Shown: positions 1-6,680 of the stretch, in pieces
How the letters are laid out: every line of letters begins with the position of its first letter
Numbering within the stretch: the stretch's first letter is position 1
Source of the DNA: Planctomycetota bacterium
GTDB lineage: Bacteria > Planctomycetota > UBA1135 > GCA-002748355
Reading direction: 5' to 3'
NCBI GenBank assembly: GCA_020426005.1
Contig: JAGQQW010000002.1
Coordinates: 8,855 to 72,854 of the forward strand
DNA: 64,000 bases
The notes under the pieces: model-generated
The model's input: the letters and a program-made list of their open reading frames with translations, nothing else
Databases searched by the model: none
What the model was told of the DNA's origin: nothing
Translations under genes and position numbers: made by a program

Positions 1-247
1 TTCGCGCACCGAGCGCGAGGATCTCCCGCGCGGCAGGATCCGCGCCCTGCGGATCAGCCCGAAACGCGTCGAGCGAGTCGCGATCCTCGAAGACATAGCG
101 GCCTTCGGCAGCACGTCGCGTCGCGCTCCACGTGCGCACGATGAGCCCGGGGATCGCGGGCGGGATCGCCTGCGCGACGCTTCGCTGCGTCGACCAGTCG
201 AGTCCCCACTCCGAGCCGGTTTCGATGCGGAGCGTGAGGACGTGCAT
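1..247 (-). CDS. partial CDS (first 82 codons, runs off the window edge), YdhR-like small alpha+beta barrel protein
   Basis: Absent from the ORF track because there is no stop in the window. ATG at 247-245 lies 15 nt downstream of the stop (263-265) of the preceding minus-strand gene. 82 open codons show high GC3. Translation MHVLTLRIETGSEWGLDWSTQRSVAQAIPPAIPGLIVRTWSATRRAAEGRYVFEDRDSLDAF resembles the YdhR family by eye. Confidence 0.4.
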   Translation of the reverse strand, partial: MHVLTLRIETGSEWGLDWSTQRSVAQAIPPAIPGLIVRTWSATRRAAEGRYVFEDRDSLDAFRADPQGADPAAREILALGAR

Positions 248-262
248 CGAGGACTCCGTCGA

Positions 263-1588
263 TCAGCCCTTGGCCTTGCGGTGCACCCAACCGTTGATCG
301 TGAAGCGACTGTCCGCGAACTCTTTCGTCGGCACGCGCACCGGCAACAACTCGTGCGGGCTGTCGCTGCGGAACAGGACCAACATGTCCTGTCGTGGCGA
401 GATCAGCACCGAGCTGTCTGCATGCGAATCTCCTCGAACGAGACGGTCGTCGAAGAGGCGCAGCTCGCCGCCCGAGAAGCGCCGAGGTTCGCTGTGCAGG
501 AAGTAGACGAACGACAGCACGCGTGTCGACTCCGCGTCCGCATCGGTGTGCATGCGATAGTAGTCGCCGTCTCCCGAGGCGGTGACCTGCAGTTCGATCT
601 CGCCTACGGGGAACGCCTCCATGCCGAGGCGCGCGATCGCACCTTCGAGCGTGCCCTTGAGGCGCTCGAGGAACTCGTCGCGCACGAACGACAAGTCGTC
701 GAGCGTCTGCGCCTTCCGCACGCGTTCGTCGACCTTCGCCTTCTTCTCTCCGCGCGGCAGGACGGTGGCAGCCTCGAACGCGTCTTGTTTCTGCACGAGC
801 TTCTGGACGAGGCCCTCGCGCTTGTCGCGGAGAAAACCGCCCAACGCGACGTAGATCGCGGGCAATTCGCGATCGCGTGGACCGAGTCGCATGTCGGTTC
901 CCAGCTCGGTCCCCGTGCCTCCGGGCACGCCGCCAGGCTTGGAGGCGTGCCCTCCACGGACCAAGCGCAGGATCTCGGGTCGCAGGAGAACATCGCGCAA
1001 CTCCGCGCGGGCACCGAGCAGCACCGTCTGATGGAAGAGCGCATTCTTCACGAGCGTGTCGTCACGCACTTCGTGCATCAGCAGCGCGGGCGTCGACGTC
1101 TTGGCGAGGCCGAGCTTGTCGAGGAGTTCGCGCGCCGAGATGCGATAGGTGTAGTAGCGCGCTTGCTCGGTCATGAACACGTCTTCGAAGACGCGGAACC
1201 CGACGTCGCGCAGCACGTGGTCCGCGAGCTTCGATCCTTCGGCGACGAGGTAGCAGACCTCGGCGGTCTTGCTGACCGCGATCGACTCGAGCACTTCTTT
1301 GTAGACCGCACTCACGAGCCCGATGTTGGTCGCGTCCTCGTCGGCGACGTAGACAGGGCTGATCGCCCAGCTCTCGGGAGCGATCGAGTGCGCGTCGCAG
1401 ACCGCGCTGATGTGGCGTGCACCGAGTCCCCACGGTGGCCAGGGACGGTCTCGCACGGCGCAGTAGACGCGCGCATCGCCGAGTTTCAACGTCGGGAGCA
1501 ACACCTCGTCGACGAAGTGGGCCGCATCGAGACGGCGGAAGAACTGGCGCAGCGCGGGCTCGGCCGTCTCGCTCAGCTCTTCGAACAT
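263..1588 (-). CDS. fusion protein: unassigned ~300-aa N-terminal region plus C-terminal 2OG-Fe(II) oxygenase (prolyl 4-hydroxylase-like) domain
   Basis: ORF 263..1942. The first 118 codons are Arg/Pro-rich and implausible. First convincing ATG is at 1588 (MFEELSETAEPAL). C-terminal motifs: YYRMHTDADAES, LSFVYFL, GGELRLF, HELLPV, TINGWV. Confidence 0.7.
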   Translation of the reverse strand: MFEELSETAEPALRQFFRRLDAAHFVDEVLLPTLKLGDARVYCAVRDRPWPPWGLGARHISAVCDAHSIAPESWAISPVYVADEDATNIGLVSAVYKEVLESIAVSKTAEVCYLVAEGSKLADHVLRDVGFRVFEDVFMTEQARYYTYRISARELLDKLGLAKTSTPALLMHEVRDDTLVKNALFHQTVLLGARAELRDVLLRPEILRLVRGGHASKPGGVPGGTGTELGTDMRLGPRDRELPAIYVALGGFLRDKREGLVQKLVQKQDAFEAATVLPRGEKKAKVDERVRKAQTLDDLSFVRDEFLERLKGTLEGAIARLGMEAFPVGEIELQVTASGDGDYYRMHTDADAESTRVLSFVYFLHSEPRRFSGGELRLFDDRLVRGDSHADSSVLISPRQDMLVLFRSDSPHELLPVRVPTKEFADSRFTINGWVHRKAKG

Positions 1589-1818
1589 GTCGATGCGGGT
1601 GGCGCTGTTGCGCTCGCCGAAGAACGACGGGCGAGGACGGTTCTCGTCGTTGGCAGCTGTCACGGGGCTTCTCCTGAGTCGAGGTGCGTCGATGTCCGGG
1701 CGTGCGTCGCAGCGCGTCGCCAAACGTCGAGCGCGGTTGCGTCTCCGCGCCCATACTCTCTTCAGCGAGCGTGCAAGCGTTTGCCGTCGTGAGAAATCGT
1801 AGCGAGGAGACGTCGCCG

Positions 1819-2847
1819 TTGGGGGCCCGAGCGAAGCGAACGACCGATGGGACCGCGGATTGGGATCCCGAGACTCTGCGCGCGCATTGGCCGTTCGCGT
1901 TCGTCGTGCGATCGGACGGGAACCGTACGGATTGGGTCGCACTGCACGCTCCGCTCGTGTCGGAGTCGCGCCGGGAAGAATTTGCCGACTATCGGCGGCG
2001 GGGGCTGCGCTTCGTCGGCATGTGCAGCTTCGCGGGCTTCCCCTCGCGGGATGAGCCGTCCGAACTTCGCGGTCCCGACGAAGTCGACTACGGCTCGGTC
2101 TGCGAGGCCTGGTGCCACTGCTTTCGCGAGCCCGAGCACGCTCTCCCGCGAGGCGCTCCGCGAGCTCTGCTGTCGCTCTCCGATTTCATCGATCCCGCGG
2201 TCGTGAGGCCCAGTGACGCTCGATGCAGTGAACAGGCGTCTCGTCACGACACGCCGCGGCAGTTCGTCGGCGGTCTCGGTCCGAGCTACGACTTCGTCTA
2301 CCTCGGAGCGACGGAGCCGTGGAAGCAACGGTCGAAGAACTGGGACCTCGCACGACGATGCATTCCGCGATTGTGTCGCGAACTCGGTTTGCGTGGCCTC
2401 GCGCTCGGCGTGCCGCGCGGTTCGTTCCCGGGAGTGCCGGGGCTCACGATCGGCCCCTGGCTACCGCGCGAGTCGTTCTTCGATCTGCTCGCGCAATGCC
2501 GGTTCTTGTTCGCGCCGTACGCGCAGGACGCGTCGCCGAGGGTCCTGGCCGAAGCGCTCTGTCTCGACGTGCCGATCCTCGTTCACGAAGGGATCCTCGG
2601 TGGTTGGAAGTACGTGACGAAGGAGACGGGCGTGTTCTTCGCGGACGAGCACGATGTCGTCGCGGCAGCACGCGCGTGTCTCGAAGAGTCCTTCGATCCT
2701 CGATCGTGGTTCCGCGCACACCACGGGTCACGACGTGCCGGTCTCGAGCTTGCCGCATTGCTCGCGCGTGTCGACGCTTCGATCGATCCCGAGGAGCCGC
2801 TCGGGTTCAGCGAATCGTGTGCGCTCGAGGCGGAACCGCGCTACTGA
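1819..2847 (+). CDS. glycosyltransferase-like hypothetical protein (GT-B C-terminal half)
   Basis: Frame of ORF 1684..2847. Start is uncertain: TTG at 1819 has GAGGAG 9 nt upstream. The C-terminal segment FAPYAQDASPRVLAEALCLDVPILV...ETGVFF looks like the nucleotide-sugar-binding half of GT-B enzymes. Confidence 0.5.
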   Translation: MGARAKRTTDGTADWDPETLRAHWPFAFVVRSDGNRTDWVALHAPLVSESRREEFADYRRRGLRFVGMCSFAGFPSRDEPSELRGPDEVDYGSVCEAWCHCFREPEHALPRGAPRALLSLSDFIDPAVVRPSDARCSEQASRHDTPRQFVGGLGPSYDFVYLGATEPWKQRSKNWDLARRCIPRLCRELGLRGLALGVPRGSFPGVPGLTIGPWLPRESFFDLLAQCRFLFAPYAQDASPRVLAEALCLDVPILVHEGILGGWKYVTKETGVFFADEHDVVAAARACLEESFDPRSWFRAHHGSRRAGLELAALLARVDASIDPEEPLGFSESCALEAEPRY

Positions 2848-3607
2848 CGTTGATGACGAGGCGCGGCGATCCGGCCATGGGCGAGCAGTGGATCCACGCC
2901 TCCGATGGGCCGTGGTCGCTCCAGTGTCGGCGCACGTCGAGCTGACGGAAGACGGCGGTGACGCGTTCGGGAATCGCGGGACGAATGTCACCGCTCGTCA
3001 GGAACGAGGGGCGGTCGTCCAGCTCGACGAGTGCACGGTCTCGCGCGATCGGATCCTCGAACTCGCGCACGATGCGATCCCGCATTTGCAGCCAGTCGTA
3101 GAACGCCCGCATCGAGTGCACGTCGCGAGGCTCGACCCACGTCGGTCCCGGCCCGTTGTACGCGCGGAACAAACCCCATGGGCAGACACCAGGTGGAACG
3201 GTATCGACGTGAAAGCCGCAGTAGCGACTCGGCGCTGCCGTGAACACGCGCACGTGAAACGACTCCGTGCCGCCGATCGACTCGTGCAGGTGCAACAAGT
3301 CACACAAGTCGGAAAGCAACGCATCGCGCGTGTCGCGAGACACTGCGTCGGGCGAAACCGTTCGTTCGAGCCAGGTCGCGAACTCGTCGATCCCGATCTC
3401 GGGCCAGATCGTGCGTGGAATCTGCAACGCGCCAGACTCGATGGCTGCATCCAGCTCTTGGCGCCATGCGCACTCGGCTTGCGGAGCGATGAGCACCGCT
3501 TGGAGTCCCGGCTGTTCGAGCGCTCGATGAAGGTTCTCGGCCGTGGACCACGCGATGGCGCTGCCTGCACGCGATTCGCCTGCGGTCTCGGCGAGGGGGG
3601 CGTTCAT
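2807..3607 (-). CDS. hypothetical protein, possibly DUF1826-like
   Basis: 266-aa ORF with high GC3. FHVD...YNGPGPTW motif. No confident family call. Its 3' end overlaps the convergent gene by 41 nt. Confidence 0.5.
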   Translation of the reverse strand: MNAPLAETAGESRAGSAIAWSTAENLHRALEQPGLQAVLIAPQAECAWRQELDAAIESGALQIPRTIWPEIGIDEFATWLERTVSPDAVSRDTRDALLSDLCDLLHLHESIGGTESFHVRVFTAAPSRYCGFHVDTVPPGVCPWGLFRAYNGPGPTWVEPRDVHSMRAFYDWLQMRDRIVREFEDPIARDRALVELDDRPSFLTSGDIRPAIPERVTAVFRQLDVRRHWSDHGPSEAWIHCSPMAGSPRLVINVSSAVPPRAHTIR

Positions 3608-3678
3608 GGTGCGCGAGCATAGCAGCGATCGCAGGGGCTTGGGCCAATCCGCCAGCAGGCGTAGACTCGCGAGCGACC

Positions 3679-4446
3679 GTGATCTGCGACATCGTTGTTC
3701 GAAGCTACTGGCGTGACCTCGAGTGGCTCGACTACTGCCTTCGGTCGATCGAGCGCTACTGCCACGGCTTTCGTGAGATCCTCGTCGTTCTTCCGGCGAA
3801 GAGCATGCCGTGGTTCGAGCGCCACACTGCGTTGCAGCAACACGGACGACGGCGCGGTGGCACGATCGGTCAGTACCGGCTCATCGTCGGTCCCGATTAC
3901 CCCGACGACTATCTCGGACAGCAGGTGACGAAGCTCTACGCGGACGAGATCTCCGACGCCGAGTACCTGTGCCACGTCGATTCGGACTGCATCTTTCGCG
4001 TGCCGACGACCGTCGAGGATCTGGTGCCGATCGGCAAGCCGAAGATCTACACGCGGCCGCTGGACGAGCTGCCCGAGCCGTGGCCATGGTTCGGACCGAC
4101 GTGTGACTTCGTCGGCGAGGCGCCGACGCACGATTTCATGCAGTGTCCGCCGTTCACGTATCCCGCGTGGCTCTACCGCGAACTGCGGGCTTGGTGCCGC
4201 GCGACCCACGGAGTCGAACTCGCGTCCTGGGTGTTGTCCCGGCCATCGCGCGGCTTCTCCGAGTTCAACGCTCTCGGTGCCTACGCCTACGCGCATCATC
4301 GCGATCGCTTCGTGTGGGTGCGCTCCCGGGACATCGGCGAAGAAGAACGACGCTGCCACTGGCACTGGAGTTGGGGCGGTATCGACGACGCGATGCGCCG
4401 GGACCTCGAGAGGCTCGTGGCGTCGCAGGAGGCTCACGATGGGTGA
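3679..4446 (+). CDS. putative nucleotide-diphospho-sugar transferase (GT-A-like, DxD motif)
   Basis: GTG start at 3679. CHVDSDCIF contains a DxD-type motif. First gene of a three-gene operon with overlapping stop/start codons. Confidence 0.55.
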   Translation: MICDIVVRSYWRDLEWLDYCLRSIERYCHGFREILVVLPAKSMPWFERHTALQQHGRRRGGTIGQYRLIVGPDYPDDYLGQQVTKLYADEISDAEYLCHVDSDCIFRVPTTVEDLVPIGKPKIYTRPLDELPEPWPWFGPTCDFVGEAPTHDFMQCPPFTYPAWLYRELRAWCRATHGVELASWVLSRPSRGFSEFNALGAYAYAHHRDRFVWVRSRDIGEEERRCHWHWSWGGIDDAMRRDLERLVASQEAHDG

Positions 4447-5218
4447 GGGCGTGGCGGCGTTCTGGTGTCGCACGCCGAGTCGGCCCAACTTCGGCGATGC
4501 GCTCACGCCGTGGTTGCTCGAGAAGCTGACCGGGCATCACCCGCGTTTTACCTGGCCGAACGATCCTCGTGAGAAGCTCTTCGTGACCGGGAGTATCGCT
4601 ACGCTCGCTGCGTCTGCATGCACCGTCTGGGGTGCTGGAATCATGAACGCGGACGACGTGATCTCACCCGAAGCGCGCCTCCTCGCCGTGCGTGGACCGC
4701 TGACGCGTGCGCGCGCGCTCGCGAGCGGCGCGTCGTGTCTAGAGGTCTATGGAGATCCGGCGCTCCTCTTGCCTCGACTGCACCGTCCACCGAGTGCGTC
4801 TCGACGTGGGATCGGTTTAGCCGCACATTTTTCGGATCGACCGAGGCTGCTCGGAAAGCTGCCGCCGAGCGTGCATTTGATCGACATGCAGGCGCCGGTC
4901 GAGTCGGTGATCGAACAGATCGCTTGCTGCGAGCTCGTCGCGGCGTCGTCGCTCCATGGATTGATCACGAGTCACGCCTACGGAATCCCGGCGGTGTGGG
5001 TGCAGTTTCGTCCGTTGCCGTCGGGCGACGGCGCGAAGTTCCGTGACTATTTGCTCGCGGTGGATCGAGCGCGCGACGCGCCGCTCGAACTCACCCCGAA
5101 CGAACTCGAAGCGAACACGTTGGTGCGGCACGCGATCTCGCCGCCGACGTCGTTCGACCTCATGCCACTGATTCGTGCATGTCCGGTCGGTGTGCACGCA
5201 CTGGAGCACGCGACATGA
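4439..5218 (+). CDS. polysaccharide pyruvyl transferase family protein
   Basis: ATG at 4439 overlaps the upstream stop (ATGGGTGA). N-terminal PNFGDALTPWLL and C-terminal SSLHGLITSHAYGIPAVWV are typical of the PS_pyruv_trans family. Confidence 0.7.
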   Translation: MGEGVAAFWCRTPSRPNFGDALTPWLLEKLTGHHPRFTWPNDPREKLFVTGSIATLAASACTVWGAGIMNADDVISPEARLLAVRGPLTRARALASGASCLEVYGDPALLLPRLHRPPSASRRGIGLAAHFSDRPRLLGKLPPSVHLIDMQAPVESVIEQIACCELVAASSLHGLITSHAYGIPAVWVQFRPLPSGDGAKFRDYLLAVDRARDAPLELTPNELEANTLVRHAISPPTSFDLMPLIRACPVGVHALEHAT

Positions 5219-5997
5219 ACCGAGACGAGTTCCTCGAAGGTTTGCTCGCAGCGGACCGACATGACGGCGGGCTTCGATGTCGCCGTTTGTTCCGTGTCGA
5301 CGCGCAGCTCTTCGCATCGCTGCGTCACGAAGTTGCCGATCTGCGCGATCGATGCAAGCCATCGGTCGTCGGCGAACGGAGCCACGTCACGAATTGGGCA
5401 GGCCCGCGCGGCGAGGTGTTGCAGTACAGCTTGCTCAACGCCTCGGGGCGCACCGACGATTTCGCGAGCGATCACGACCTCTCGACACGGAACAAGTGGT
5501 TCTTCGATGCCGTGCGCTGGCCTGCGCTCTCGGATTGGATCACGACATGGCCCGATGTCATCAACTTCCGAGTCCACGTGTTGGCTGCGGGTGCGGCCCT
5601 CGAAGCCCACGAAGAGCATGTGCCGTTCCGCACGAAGCGCGGCGGCGTCGGTGCGCGCTTGCGCTTCCACCTGCCCATCGAGACGAATCCCGAGGCCGAG
5701 CTCAATCTCGATGGCGCCGTTCATCACCTCGAAGCGGGAGCGGTCTTCCTCGTCAATCAGGGCTGCGTGCACTCTACGCACAACCGTGGTGCCGCGCCGC
5801 GAGTCCACCTCGTCTGGGACTCGTTCCTGACGTCAGCGACGTTCGCGTTCTTGTTCGAAGCAAGCGACCCACGGCTCGAGCCTGCGACGCCCGAAGTCGA
5901 CGTGCTGCGACACGAGCCGCTTGCGACTCATCGACGACTCATGCCTGCTGTGGCGCGTGACGAAGCTGCGGCGATGGACGTGTGCGAGAGTCAGTGA
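5215..5997 (+). CDS. aspartyl/asparaginyl beta-hydroxylase-like cupin dioxygenase
   Basis: ATGA start/stop overlap at 5215-5218. The segment HEEHVPF...RLRFHLPIETNPEAELNLDG...FLVNQGCVHSTHNRG..RVHLVWD fits the Asp/Arg hydroxylase fold. Confidence 0.7.
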   Translation: MNRDEFLEGLLAADRHDGGLRCRRLFRVDAQLFASLRHEVADLRDRCKPSVVGERSHVTNWAGPRGEVLQYSLLNASGRTDDFASDHDLSTRNKWFFDAVRWPALSDWITTWPDVINFRVHVLAAGAALEAHEEHVPFRTKRGGVGARLRFHLPIETNPEAELNLDGAVHHLEAGAVFLVNQGCVHSTHNRGAAPRVHLVWDSFLTSATFAFLFEASDPRLEPATPEVDVLRHEPLATHRRLMPAVARDEAAAMDVCESQ

Positions 5998-6034
5998 CGA
6001 TCATGAAGGTCCTGTTCGAGCACCAGTCGACGGC

Positions 6035-6634
6035 TCAGTCCTCTTCGAGCAACTCCGCCAACCGCGCGAGCCCTCGCATGACGAGGCCGCGCATCGAGGA
6101 CTCGGTCTTGTCCGACTGCTCGGCGGCCTCGGCGTAACTCAGGCCGGCGACGCGCGTCAGCGTGATGGCTTCGCGCTGCGCGTCGGGAAGCGCGGCGAGT
6201 GCCTCCTCGATGCGCGTGCACTCGTCACGGGCGCTGAGGATGCGGCTCGGAGTCGTAAGGGTCGCGTAGGCCGTCAGGACGTTCTCGAACTCGCTTTCAC
6301 CGTCGGCGCGCGCCGGCGCGGAGACTTCGCGCGACACGTCGCGCTTGTGGCGGTGGAGGTAGCGGTGACGGTTGTTGATCTTGCGCGCAGCGCGCACGAA
6401 GAGCCAATGGCGGAAGGCTTCTTCGCTTCGATAGTCGAAGCGATCGATGTCCTCGAGTGCTTCGCGGCAGACGGAGAGGGCGAGGTCGTGGGCCGACTCG
6501 TGCGCGGCGACGGCACCGCCGGCGCGCGCGCGTACGAAGGCGACGAGGCGCGGCAGACTACGCTCGAAGAGCGAGCCGAAGGCCGCGTCGTCGCCACCGC
6601 GTGCGGCTTCGACTGTTTGTTCGAATGCTTTCAA
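6035..6634 (-). CDS. ECF-type RNA polymerase sigma factor
   Basis: Region 2 (FGSLFERSLPRLVAFVRAR...FRHWLFVRAARKINNRHR) and region 4 (LPDAQREAITLTRVAGLSYAEAAEQSDKTESSMRGLVMRGLARL). TTG at 6634 has GGAG 8 nt upstream. An alternative ATG at 6727 would overlap the kinase 3' end. Confidence 0.8.
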   Translation of the reverse strand: MKAFEQTVEAARGGDDAAFGSLFERSLPRLVAFVRARAGGAVAAHESAHDLALSVCREALEDIDRFDYRSEEAFRHWLFVRAARKINNRHRYLHRHKRDVSREVSAPARADGESEFENVLTAYATLTTPSRILSARDECTRIEEALAALPDAQREAITLTRVAGLSYAEAAEQSDKTESSMRGLVMRGLARLAELLEED

Positions 6635-6680
6635 GTCTCGATCTCCGCTGCAGAACTCCTGGACAGGCGATGGAACGCCA

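Noticed and set aside
242-1792. 516-aa plus-strand ORF, along with similar long antisense ORFs at 20911..22152, 26111..27292, 28944..29939, 39396..40406, 40410..41387, 46613..47980, 50759..51760 and 54627..55559
   Set aside because: Each lies opposite a gene with recognisable domains. Long stop-free antisense frames are expected at this GC content, and their translations are Arg/Asp/Glu/Val-rich without motifs.
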